Source: an uncultured Bacilli bacterium (GTDB lineage Bacteria > Bacillota_I > Bacilli_A > RF39 > UBA660). Taken from it: 56,783 nucleotides of DNA. The position numbers and the translations under genes are program-made. Below, piece after piece: positions 45,432 to 55,042 of this stretch (positions within the stretch are counted from its first letter, which is position 1; each line of letters starts with the position of its first letter). A model generated the notes under the pieces. It made no database searches, was not told the DNA's origin, and saw only the letters and a program-made list of their open reading frames with translations. The stretch is taken from contig CANQMM010000002.1 in assembly GCA_947624955.1 (NCBI GenBank), positions 1 through 56,783 on the forward strand. Direction: 5' to 3'.

Positions 45432-45629
45432 TTAACGGTTCATTAATTTAATTAAGACTATCATCAAGATAACAAAACCGATGCCGATTAAGGTAATGGT
45501 TGCAAATTGTTCACCAAACATTTTAGCAAGAAAATTAAAAATGGTATCATAGATTCCAATAAAGAAATCTTTGATGTCAGCAAAAGCATCAATAAATTCA
45601 TCTTTAATGGTCGTTAAAAATCTACTCAT
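45432..45629 (-). CDS. small membrane protein
   Basis: Trimmed to MSRFLTTIKDEF... with GGTGA upstream. C-terminal TM ITLIGIGFVILMIVLI. Confidence 0.35.
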   Translation of the reverse strand: MSRFLTTIKDEFIDAFADIKDFFIGIYDTIFNFLAKMFGEQFATITLIGIGFVILMIVLIKLMNR

Positions 45630-45659
45630 ATTAGTCACCATAATAATTATAATATGGTA

Positions 45660-45688
45660 TTGATTTTTATTCAATAATTTGTTAAACT
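45660..45688 (+). promoter_or_regulatory. sigma-A-like promoter for tRNA-His
   Basis: TTGATT, 17 nt spacer, TAAACT with a TGt extended -10, about 12 nt before the tRNA 5' end. Confidence 0.45.
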
Positions 45689-45700
45689 AACATTACTTAT

Positions 45701-45777
45701 GGCGGTGTTGGTGAAGTGGTTAACACACCAGATTGTGGCTCTGGCATGCGTGGGTTCGATCCCCACATACCGCCCCA
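45701..45777 (+). tRNA. tRNA-His (anticodon GTG) with encoded G-1 and CCA
   Basis: Hand-folded. Acceptor GCGGTGT/ATACCGC, anticodon stem CCAGA/TCTGG with loop TTGTGGC, T-arm GTGGG-TTCGATC-CCCAC. An extra 5' G pairs with discriminator C. CCA is present. Confidence 0.9.
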
Positions 45778-45995
45778 TTTTTGAATTATACACACCCTTG
45801 TGTGTCGAAGAGTTAAAAGTTCGTAATAGGAATATTATGGACTTTTTCTTTGGAGACATTTTTCAGTTCATGATTATATCTAAAAAAAATTAATTTACTT
45901 TATTTCGTATAAGTGATTAAAATTAAATTTATTTTATGATAAAATCTTAATAGATAGATTAATTTGTGTGGAGTTAAAGAAAGGGTTAAAATTAT

Positions 45996-46343
45996 ATGAA
46001 TCGAAATTATGTGGAAAGTTGGTTAAAGAATTTAAAAGATTATTGGTTCAATAAAGAGATCGATAGAGCTGTTTCCTTATTTAAAAATACTAGCTTTTAT
46101 CAAGAGACACCATTTATGAAACCATATACGACACTTGAAGAAATTAATGAAGAATGGCAACACGTCATAAATGAAGATATTCAAAATATAGAAATTAATA
46201 TTTTAGCTATTGATGATTATACGGTAATAGCCCATTGGATTTTAAAACAAAATAATCAAGATTTTGATGGAATATATGAAATTAAATTTAATGAAAAATT
46301 AGAATGTATTTATTTTAAGAGTTGGGAAATGACGGATAAGTAA
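45996..46343 (+). CDS. hypothetical protein (NTF2/SnoaL-like?)
   Basis: 115-aa ORF with an AAAGGG SD. The fold guess rests only on size and pattern. Confidence 0.4.
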   Translation: MNRNYVESWLKNLKDYWFNKEIDRAVSLFKNTSFYQETPFMKPYTTLEEINEEWQHVINEDIQNIEINILAIDDYTVIAHWILKQNNQDFDGIYEIKFNEKLECIYFKSWEMTDK

Positions 46344-46472
46344 CCGTCCTTTTATTGAATGTCTAGGTTATGATAAAATGATATTAGAGTTATTTGCGGA
46401 GTTGAACTTATGGTTAGTTCTAGGCGCTTTTTAATGTAAGAAATAAAATAGATAAAGAAAGGAATAGATAAT

Positions 46473-47201
46473 ATGGAAAATAAAGTGGTTTTAGTAACCG
46501 GGAGTGCAAGAGGCATTGGTAGAGCAACAGTAATTGAATTTGCTTCTAGAGGATATAATGTGGTAATTAATTATATTGAAAGTAAAGAAGAAGCTAATAA
46601 ATTGAAAAACGATATAGAAAGAGATTTTAATGTAAAAGCATTAGTAATTGGGGCAGACGTGGCAGATGAAAAGCAAGTTAAAAATATGGTAGATACTATC
46701 ATAAAAGAATTTGGTAGAATTGATGTTTTAGTTAATAATGCTGGCATTGTCTTTGATAGAGAGTTTAAAGATATTACGGTTGATGAATTTAAAAGGACTT
46801 TGGAGGTAAATGTTTTAGGAGCATTTATTGTATCAAGAGAAGTAGCAAAATATATGCAAAAAGGTAGTGCCATAGTAAACGTATCATCAACTAATGGAAC
46901 AAAAACGATATCTCCGGAATGTTTAGATTATAATATTTCCAAAGTAGGATTACAAAGTCTTACAAGAGATTTAGCATTTCAGTTTAAACCAAATATAAGA
47001 GTAAATGCTATTGCAATTGGATGGGCGGATACGGATATGAATAAAGACTTACCTCAAGATTATATCGATGAGGAAACAGCGAAAATATATTTGGAAAGAT
47101 TTGCTAATCCAAAAGAAATTGCTAAGACGATATACTTTTTAGCAAGTGATGATGCTAGTTATATCAATAGTGAGATATTGACAATTGATGGCGGTTATTA
47201 A
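46473..47201 (+). CDS. SDR family oxidoreductase (FabG-like)
   Basis: Motifs TGSARGIG, NNAG and YNISK, with a C-terminal TIDGG. Confidence 0.8.
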   Translation: MENKVVLVTGSARGIGRATVIEFASRGYNVVINYIESKEEANKLKNDIERDFNVKALVIGADVADEKQVKNMVDTIIKEFGRIDVLVNNAGIVFDREFKDITVDEFKRTLEVNVLGAFIVSREVAKYMQKGSAIVNVSSTNGTKTISPECLDYNISKVGLQSLTRDLAFQFKPNIRVNAIAIGWADTDMNKDLPQDYIDEETAKIYLERFANPKEIAKTIYFLASDDASYINSEILTIDGGY

Positions 47202-47215
47202 AAGGGGATAAGATA

Positions 47216-47252
47216 AAAGCAACAATAGGAATTTTATTGTTGCTTATTTTTT
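47216..47252 (+). terminator. intrinsic terminator after the SDR gene
   Basis: AAAGCAACAATA-ggaatt-TTATTGTTGCTT followed by ATTTTTT. It overlaps the 3' end of the convergent gene. Confidence 0.65.
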
Positions 47253-47932
47253 AATTTGTTATCAATGTTCGTTTTGATATTTAGAAGAATTTCTCGTGGA
47301 GTTTTAATATCAGGGAAGGCTTTTAATAAGCGACGATGGAGATAATTCTTTTGCGAAATAATCTCCCTTACTCGTTTAGTAATAGCTTCAGTGTAATCTT
47401 TTTCAGCGGATTTAATTTCATTACGAATGCTTTTAATGATAAAGAAAGAAATAATATTATCAGCAATGTATATTACTGATAAAATAATAACAATTGTCAA
47501 TAATACCGGATAAGATATTTTATTTAATATATTAGTAAAGAAGGGATTAATAATATTGACAATAATTAAACCGAGAATGCCAAAAGGAATAAGGGTCTCT
47601 AAACAGATACGACCATTAATATTATATTTTCGGTCACTATAATCCCACCACCGGGCTTTAAATATCTTTTCTAAAAGATAGCTAGTAAAATATTCTAGAA
47701 CTGAACAAATGAGCATTGCCATAATAAATAGCGTAAATGGTTGATTAGAATACTTATTTAAAAATAGTAAAATTAGAAGGCAGCCATGACCATATATTGG
47801 ACAGATTGGACCGATTAAAAATCCCCTATTGATTAATTTATGATCTTTGACAAAAGTAAAGCCGACTTCAAGTAACCACCCGATAAAAGCATATATGAAA
47901 AATAATGCAATATATAAAACTACTTTATCCAT
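47234..47932 (-). CDS. putative ABC-transporter type IV (CmpB/DUF1113-like) membrane protein
   Basis: Motifs FFIYAFIGWLLEV, GPICPIYG and RWWDYS. Confidence 0.6.
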   Translation of the reverse strand: MDKVVLYIALFFIYAFIGWLLEVGFTFVKDHKLINRGFLIGPICPIYGHGCLLILLFLNKYSNQPFTLFIMAMLICSVLEYFTSYLLEKIFKARWWDYSDRKYNINGRICLETLIPFGILGLIIVNIINPFFTNILNKISYPVLLTIVIILSVIYIADNIISFFIIKSIRNEIKSAEKDYTEAITKRVREIISQKNYLHRRLLKAFPDIKTPREILLNIKTNIDNKLKNKQQ

Positions 47933-47985
47933 AATATCACCTACATATAAATTATATCAAAATATTTAAAAAAAAGAAAAAACAA

Positions 47986-50900
47986 TTATTTTTTCTTAAT
48001 TAAGAATTTATCACAAGATGCTAGAACTGCTGGTAACAAGAGTAAGATCAATAATGTAGAGCAAATACTTCCTTCCGAAATAGTCATACATATCTTAGCA
48101 GTAATCGCAGAAGCAAAATAACCAACGATTAGAGTAACGATAATTAAGATTGAGGCACTTGTGGTAATAGTATGGATGGAATTATTATAAGCACTAATTA
48201 ATGAATCTTTAATACTTTGCGTCGCACGAGCTTCCTCATAATAAGATGTATATAAAATAGCATAGTCAATGGTTGCACCCATTAAGATACTTTGAACAAT
48301 GAGGATAGATATAAAGTAAACATCGCCACCGAAGGAAAGAATACCCATTGTTAAGAAAACAGCACACTGAATTAGCAATACTAAAACGATTGGAATTAAA
48401 AGAGATTTAAAGGTAAAGGCTACAACAACGAAGATAAATATCATAGTGAGGATAGTAATTAGATTTAATTCACCTTGGAATGTTTTACTCATTTCATAAG
48501 CCATTGGTGAATCACCCGCGATAAAGCCACTAATATTATGACTTTGTAAATCTTGTTCTAATGATTCTATAAAATTAAAGGTTTCCTCTCCTTCCGGAGT
48601 TAATTTAGAATTAATAACTAGACGAGAATACTCTTGACCTACGAGTAATTCCTTAGCATCTTTGATAGTATCTTGAGAGTTGATAATATCGTTTCTTCTT
48701 TCTTCATCGATAAAATCTTGAAAACGTTCATCATTTAAGATAGTCGTATTTAAATAATTAACAAACTCTTCAATAGTTAAGCGATAATCAGGATCGTATT
48801 CCTTTTCACTACCGTAATAGATATAGACTAATTCGATTAAGTTAGGATCGAGGTCATCTGCCAAAGGTGAAAGCGTTTGGTAAGCTTGAGTACTTGTATA
48901 AGTCGTGTGATTTAAAGCAGCATTAATGATGGCATTAACGCTATTTAAACGCGTAATGGTAGAGGCATCAAATGATTGATTATAGGTAGGATTTTTAGCA
49001 ACATCTGTAAGTAAGAAATTAATAAACTCCCGATAAGATAATTTATCTTGATAAGATTTTACTTGGGTATCGTATAGCGAATATAGTAAAGCGGTCTTAT
49101 CCGAAGGGATATTTAAGATAGACGCTACTTGAGTAGAGGATAATGGCTGGTTACTAAGTGTTAATTGCATTACGGTATTTAATAAAGTTAACTTAGAAAT
49201 AGTTGGTGTATCCAATGCAGCTTTTTGATTAGTAATTAAGAAGTTTACGAATTCGACAGGAGACAAACTTGGGTTTTCTTTACTTACTAAACCAATTAAG
49301 TTGTAGATAAAGTTGATGTTATGAACATCTTCTTGCATTAACTCGGCAAGGGCTTCTTTAGAAAATTTAGTCGGATTACTCATTAAGATAGAATTATTAG
49401 CAAGCATTTCAATACTTGCGGTATCGACATTAGCTAAATATGTTGTATTTTGTTTTAGATAGATAATCGTACTTACTATTTCGTTGATAGTATATTCTTT
49501 GGTATTGGGACTAGCTAAAAGTAAAATTTTTTGGACTAGGTCGGTATCGAGACCAAAGAGATTAGCTAATTCTTGAGCATTTAAGGATTTAGTAATCAAT
49601 TCTTGATTAGTAAAGGTGGTCAAAAGACGAAGATTTTCTTTAGTTGTGGTATCAAAAGAGGCATTATATTGGGAATTAGGTAAAACTTTTTGATTAAGGA
49701 AACTAATAAATTCCGGTAATGGTATATTAGTAGTTAAATGCTTAGAATGATAATAAGTAAGTAAATCTTGGACATTATTTTCGCTAATATTGAGCATAGT
49801 AGCAATTTCTTTAGTGGAATGCTTTTGATCGATTAAAGATTCATCGACGAAGTTTTGTAAACGGTCGATATCTTTGCGCATGGATTCTGTTAGATGGGAA
49901 GCCATTTCTGGATTATCATAGACATCGCTTTTAATAAATTTAATTAAATTAGCTAAAGTTACTTGGGATGTTGGTTGATTGTGATAATAAGTATAATAGA
50001 TGATTTTAGTTAAGTAATCCTCAATCGTAATTTCACTACCTAAATCTTGTAGTTGAGGATTTAATTCATCATAAGTTAAAGTTTCATTAATGGTGTTACC
50101 ATAGCAAAGGAGTTCATCAATTTGTTCATTATCTCCGAGTTCTTGGCAATATTCAGCAACTTTTTCTTCTTCACTATTGGGATAAATGATAGCCATTTGA
50201 TTATTGAGCGTAAAGACTTGATCGATTTCATCAGCTCCGGAGTTAGTATAAACAATACCTAGATTGCCTTTTAAAAAGAAAGAGACAACAAAGATAACGA
50301 TAAACAGAATGGAAGCTAGATGACGAACTTTAAAACTGATTTTACCTAAAAAGTCTAATTTAATAATTGGGCATTTTTTACTTGTCTTTTGAATTAAATT
50401 ATCGCAAAGTAAGATTAAACCTGGTAGACAAGTAAAGATACTAACTAAACTTAATAAGACCCCTTTAGCTAAAACTAATCCTAAGTCGCGACCGATGGTA
50501 AAGCTCATAAAGATTAAAGCGAGTAAGCCGACAATGGTGGTAACTGAACTACTAGAAATCGATTGAAAAGCGTGTGACATGGCATTTTTCATCGCCTTTA
50601 CTTTATCTTTTTCTTGAGCCCTTTCTTGACGGTAACGGTTCATTAACATAATGGAATAATCCATCGATAAAGCCATTTGCAAGATAGCAGCAATCGAACT
50701 AGTAATATTAGATACAGATGGGAAAATAATATTCGTTCCGCTATTAAGCATGACGGCAATAAATATGGTAATCAAGAATAAGAATGGTTCGATATAAGAT
50801 TCAGACATAATGATTAAGATGATGGTAGCACTACCAACAGCTAGAGCAATAATATAAAATGGTAAAACACTTTTATTATAGTTAGTAGCATTACCGGAGG

Positions 50901-51309
50901 TATCGACTAGAGATTCCGCAAATTGTGTAGTTACGGCATCATAGACATCACTTACCTCTTGGGAGTCTTCTTCCCCATCGATGGTTAACGTAAAAAGAAC
51001 ATAATTATCTTTTTCTTCTTGGGTAACGTCCGTGACATTATCTAAGTTAGTTAAATAGGCATTAGCTTCTTGGATTTCGTCATCGTTCAAATCTTTTAAC
51101 ATCAGATTCAGCGTGCTAGTGTTTTCGGCAAATTCACTTTCCATAATGTCCAATCCCTGGCGGGTAGATGAAGTACTTGGCAAGTATTTAGCCATATCAT
51201 AATTAATTTTAACTTTCGTTGAAATAAATACAGAAATAATCGCTAAGATGCTGAAAGTTATTAATAAGTAATTTCTTTTTTCAACAATAAAATCGGTAAT
51301 TTTTCGCAT
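47986..51309 (-). CDS. MMPL/RND-superfamily transporter with large repeat-containing ectodomain
   Basis: Two 6-TM bundles (MALSMDYSIMLMNRYRQER and MGATIDYAILYTSYYEE) separated by ~500 aa containing about 6 helical repeats. ATG at 51309 has an AAGGGG SD. Confidence 0.8.
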   Translation of the reverse strand: MRKITDFIVEKRNYLLITFSILAIISVFISTKVKINYDMAKYLPSTSSTRQGLDIMESEFAENTSTLNLMLKDLNDDEIQEANAYLTNLDNVTDVTQEEKDNYVLFTLTIDGEEDSQEVSDVYDAVTTQFAESLVDTSGNATNYNKSVLPFYIIALAVGSATIILIIMSESYIEPFLFLITIFIAVMLNSGTNIIFPSVSNITSSIAAILQMALSMDYSIMLMNRYRQERAQEKDKVKAMKNAMSHAFQSISSSSVTTIVGLLALIFMSFTIGRDLGLVLAKGVLLSLVSIFTCLPGLILLCDNLIQKTSKKCPIIKLDFLGKISFKVRHLASILFIVIFVVSFFLKGNLGIVYTNSGADEIDQVFTLNNQMAIIYPNSEEEKVAEYCQELGDNEQIDELLCYGNTINETLTYDELNPQLQDLGSEITIEDYLTKIIYYTYYHNQPTSQVTLANLIKFIKSDVYDNPEMASHLTESMRKDIDRLQNFVDESLIDQKHSTKEIATMLNISENNVQDLLTYYHSKHLTTNIPLPEFISFLNQKVLPNSQYNASFDTTTKENLRLLTTFTNQELITKSLNAQELANLFGLDTDLVQKILLLASPNTKEYTINEIVSTIIYLKQNTTYLANVDTASIEMLANNSILMSNPTKFSKEALAELMQEDVHNINFIYNLIGLVSKENPSLSPVEFVNFLITNQKAALDTPTISKLTLLNTVMQLTLSNQPLSSTQVASILNIPSDKTALLYSLYDTQVKSYQDKLSYREFINFLLTDVAKNPTYNQSFDASTITRLNSVNAIINAALNHTTYTSTQAYQTLSPLADDLDPNLIELVYIYYGSEKEYDPDYRLTIEEFVNYLNTTILNDERFQDFIDEERRNDIINSQDTIKDAKELLVGQEYSRLVINSKLTPEGEETFNFIESLEQDLQSHNISGFIAGDSPMAYEMSKTFQGELNLITILTMIFIFVVVAFTFKSLLIPIVLVLLIQCAVFLTMGILSFGGDVYFISILIVQSILMGATIDYAILYTSYYEEARATQSIKDSLISAYNNSIHTITTSASILIIVTLIVGYFASAITAKICMTISEGSICSTLLILLLLPAVLASCDKFLIKKK

Positions 51310-51476
51310 GGTAATTTCCCCTTTCTTAAGGAACAAACTGCATTATAACAAGATTACAATAATTAAGTAAATAGCAAATTATTAAATATTGTCTAAATTT
51401 TGACAATGTATATATTTTTGTTCAAAAATATGTTATAATGAGCACACATATTAATGTATGCAAGGAGAGATAAAAA

Positions 51477-52031
51477 ATGAAAGTAAAAGTTTTAAATTCT
51501 TCATCAAGAAAAACTAGAGAAAGAATTAAAAAGTCATTTGCGCTATTAATGAAAGAAAAACAAAGCTTAAATAGAATAACGGTTACGGATTTAGTTAAGG
51601 AAGCGGATATTACTAGAAGTGCTTTTTATACGCATTATGATAATATTTACGATGTTGCTAAGGATTTACAAGATGAAACATTTCACGTATTACTTACCGA
51701 TATTGATAAGTTATATACTTTAGAAAATATCGATGAATACTTTGATGAGATATTTGCTTATATTAAGAAAAACGAAGAGATCTATTCGATGATTCTCGCA
51801 AGTAACGACCCATTATTTTTTACCGAAAGGCTTGGGGAATTATTAACTACTAAATTGATTGGCTTATTAGGTCTTGATACTTCTAAGAATAATTTAAAAT
51901 TACGAATTATTTTATTTATCGATGGGAGTACGAGCATTTTAATTAGAAAATTTAGAGGAGAAATACAAGTTTCTTTAGAAGAAATCAACCAAAATATGAA
52001 AGATAACTTTAAGTTATTATTTATGAATTAA
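51477..52031 (+). CDS. TetR/AcrR-family transcriptional regulator
   Basis: N-terminal HTH ITVTDLVKEADITRSAFYTHY. Divergent from the MMPL gene and co-directional with the paralogue triplet. Confidence 0.75.
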   Translation: MKVKVLNSSSRKTRERIKKSFALLMKEKQSLNRITVTDLVKEADITRSAFYTHYDNIYDVAKDLQDETFHVLLTDIDKLYTLENIDEYFDEIFAYIKKNEEIYSMILASNDPLFFTERLGELLTTKLIGLLGLDTSKNNLKLRIILFIDGSTSILIRKFRGEIQVSLEEINQNMKDNFKLLFMN

Positions 52032-52091
52032 ATATTGCCAAATGACGATATTTATACTATAATAACTCCTTGTTTTAAAGGGGTGGCATAA

Positions 52092-53588
52092 ATGGATGAT
52101 GATTCAATTGAAAAATTAATGAATGGCGATGTAGACTTTTTAGATGATTTTTCCGCTCTTAGTCGAACTATTTTAGCGGGACAAATCAGGAGAAGCCCCA
52201 ATGCTAATGAAATTATTAGAAGTTTTATTTCCCTAATAATCGATAAACTACCCTATTTTTGTTTCAATTTAATATATGATAATGCGGAATTTGATAATGA
52301 GTTAAGATATTTATTAAATTACTATATTAAATATAATGATATTGAAGAATTTGAGTTTAGAGGAATGTTATTTAATACTCCCGCTGGTAAAGATTATGCT
52401 CTAGATAATATGGAGTTATTATGTAAAGATGAAAATATGTTAAATATCATATTTGAATTTATCTTTAGAGATATGGATAAAAATATGGACTTAGTTAAAT
52501 TATTTTATTTACATAGCGACTTACATATTAGATATTTATTTATGAAGTATATAGTGGAACATCATCCAGAATTAATAAATGTTATTTATGATGATTTTAT
52601 GAAATATTTAACTAGTTATACTTTTCTTGAAGGAGAACAACTGATGATTGAGCCGGAACTGATGGCAGAAGCCGATATTAGTGATTTAGCTGTAGCAGTT
52701 TTAAAATCGCCTTTAGATAGAGATATATGGGCAAAATTAAAAACTTATATTTTAGAAAAATACCGAGAGAACTCTCTAGCTCGGAATTTGTTGGAACCGG
52801 AAGCTGATTATAAAGAAGATAATTCATTTACTTTCGTTAACTCTCCGGAATTAGTGGATGAATTTAAGCAAGATGCTGATAGATTATTTTTAACTTCATC
52901 TAATTACCGATTTACAATTTTTACAGATTACGTAGGAACTTTATCGAAGGATGTAAGAAAGAAGTATGAGGAATTTATTAAATGTTTCTATCGAAAAGAA
53001 CGACCATACAACCTGCAGTACGATATCGAGATGGTTTATGAACATTATTTAGGTAGCAAGTTGGAAAGCTACGTTGATAAGTATTTAGGATTAAGTAAAA
53101 GTAAAGTTACAAGATTTATTGGTAGTGGAACTTGTGCGTGTTGTTATCAAATTGGGGATTTTGCTTTTAAATTACTTTTACATAAATGGTCGAGAGAAGA
53201 AGAAGTTTGCCCGAATTCTTACTTAATTGTCAAAAATTATGAAGCAGATTATGTAAGAGATAAATGGGGAGTTATTCGTGCGGGGATTGAGGTGCAACCT
53301 TATTTACATCGGGGAATGGATGCCGTACCATTTGCGGTTTTAGACTTTTGGAAAGCGGAGTTAGCTAAACAAGGGTATTACTGTATGGATATGTTAGTTA
53401 AAAAGGGGAAAGTGGAAAATTGTCGCTTACTAAACAGCTACCTCGATGCTGATTGTGATGATCCGGGAAGTTTGCCAGATACTTTTAAAGAATATCCAGT
53501 GGTGTTAATTGATCGGGACTTAGTTTTTAAATTAGGATATACACCAACCTATGTTAGAGTAAGTGGTGGATATTATAGCGGATATTAA
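52092..53588 (+). CDS. uncharacterised helical-domain + kinase-like-domain protein, paralogue 1
   Basis: 498 aa with AAAGGGGTGG SD. Shares NMDLVKLFYLH, DADRLF, GSGTCACCYQIGDFAFKL and LLNSYLDADCDDPGSLP ... VVLIDRDLVFKL with the next two genes. Confidence 0.7.
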   Translation: MDDDSIEKLMNGDVDFLDDFSALSRTILAGQIRRSPNANEIIRSFISLIIDKLPYFCFNLIYDNAEFDNELRYLLNYYIKYNDIEEFEFRGMLFNTPAGKDYALDNMELLCKDENMLNIIFEFIFRDMDKNMDLVKLFYLHSDLHIRYLFMKYIVEHHPELINVIYDDFMKYLTSYTFLEGEQLMIEPELMAEADISDLAVAVLKSPLDRDIWAKLKTYILEKYRENSLARNLLEPEADYKEDNSFTFVNSPELVDEFKQDADRLFLTSSNYRFTIFTDYVGTLSKDVRKKYEEFIKCFYRKERPYNLQYDIEMVYEHYLGSKLESYVDKYLGLSKSKVTRFIGSGTCACCYQIGDFAFKLLLHKWSREEEVCPNSYLIVKNYEADYVRDKWGVIRAGIEVQPYLHRGMDAVPFAVLDFWKAELAKQGYYCMDMLVKKGKVENCRLLNSYLDADCDDPGSLPDTFKEYPVVLIDRDLVFKLGYTPTYVRVSGGYYSGY

Positions 53589-53604
53589 AAATAGAGGGAT
53601 GAAA

Positions 53605-55017
53605 ATGACAAGTTTAGAAAGACTTAAAAATGGAGATGTAACAGTACTTGATAGTTATCCATTTAATAATTTTGATTATTTAGCTTTAATGATTAGGCAA
53701 AGAAGTGATGCAACAGAGATAGTTAGAGGATTTATTAAGAAAGTGCGGGATACTAAACCGGTGTTTTGTTTTCATATTATCTATGATCAAGAAGAATTTA
53801 AAGACGATTTGCAGTATTTATTAGATAATTGTTTGGATTTTGCACAAATAAGAAGCGAGGAATTAGAAGCTATGCTTTATCAAACAAGTGTGGGAAAACC
53901 ATATATTAAAAGACATCTTCTAGAATTAGAAAAAGATGAAGAAAAACTGAGAATAGTTTTTGGCTTTATAATGCGCAATTTAGAACAAAATATGGATTTA
54001 TTAAAGATATTTTATTTGCATCAAAATTTACATGTGAGATTCTTGTTTATGAAATTTATAGTTAATGAACAGCCAGAGATGTTAGATATTATATATGATG
54101 ATATTATGAAATATCTATTTATCCAGTATGATGATGGTAGTATAGAGTTAATGAGGGATGAGGATATATGTGATTTAGCTAAAGCAATACTGCTAGCAAA
54201 TCTAGATAAAAAGATTTGGTTAAGATTAAAAGAATATATTTTAACGGCATATCCGAAAAACTCATTAGCTTATAAACTATTATTTAATGGTTTCCATATG
54301 GAGGGAAAGCTATTGGCAAAAGATCTTGTAACAAATAGAATCTTAGAAAAAGAATTTACGGATGATGCGGACCGACTATTTACTTCTTCTCGAAAAGGAA
54401 AACTCTTGATTTTTGATGGTTATAAAGATTATTTAACTGAGGAAATTAGACAGCAATTTGCTAGTTTTTTACGAACTTTTACACGACCAGATTTGTCAAC
54501 TTTCCCGGGGGATGATGTATACCGAATTTACAAAGCTGATTTAGGATGTAAATTAGAAGAATATGTGGAGACTTACTTAGATTTAAGTAAGAACAGAACT
54601 ACTGGTTTTATTGGATCAGGTACTTGTGCTTATTGCTACCGGATTGGCGATTATGTTTTGAAATTAATTATGCGGAAGTATATACAAGACCCAATGGACC
54701 TTCGGTCATACTTAATAATTAAAACGTTTGAAGAAACCTATGTAAGAGACGAATCAGGAATAATAACCGCCGGTTTAGAAGTTCAGCCGTTGCTAACAAA
54801 ACAAATTAGTGAGGTGCCTAGTGATGCGTATTCGCGTTTATTAGCGAGTTTTAAGGATGAAGAATTATTATGTCAAGACGTTATACCCCGTAATTTTATG
54901 TTACTAGATAGTTATTTGGACGCCGATTGTGATGATCCGGAAAGTTTACCAAAATGGTTTAAACAATATCCAATGGTTTTAGTAGACAAGGATTTAGTAT
55001 TTAAATTAAAAAAATAA
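53605..55017 (+). CDS. uncharacterised helical-domain + kinase-like-domain protein, paralogue 2
   Basis: ATG at 53605 (MTSLERLKNGDV) has GAGGG 6 nt upstream. Motifs GSGTCAYCYRIGDYVLKL, QDVIPRNFMLL and VLVDKDLVFKL. Confidence 0.7.
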   Translation: MTSLERLKNGDVTVLDSYPFNNFDYLALMIRQRSDATEIVRGFIKKVRDTKPVFCFHIIYDQEEFKDDLQYLLDNCLDFAQIRSEELEAMLYQTSVGKPYIKRHLLELEKDEEKLRIVFGFIMRNLEQNMDLLKIFYLHQNLHVRFLFMKFIVNEQPEMLDIIYDDIMKYLFIQYDDGSIELMRDEDICDLAKAILLANLDKKIWLRLKEYILTAYPKNSLAYKLLFNGFHMEGKLLAKDLVTNRILEKEFTDDADRLFTSSRKGKLLIFDGYKDYLTEEIRQQFASFLRTFTRPDLSTFPGDDVYRIYKADLGCKLEEYVETYLDLSKNRTTGFIGSGTCAYCYRIGDYVLKLIMRKYIQDPMDLRSYLIIKTFEETYVRDESGIITAGLEVQPLLTKQISEVPSDAYSRLLASFKDEELLCQDVIPRNFMLLDSYLDADCDDPESLPKWFKQYPMVLVDKDLVFKLKK

Positions 55018-55042
55018 CTTGGAGAAAGGAGGAAAGAGGAAA

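Noticed and set aside
45671-45893. ORFs 45671..45859(-) and 45699..45893(+)
   Set aside because: Both run straight across a cleanly folding tRNA-His gene. They are spurious.
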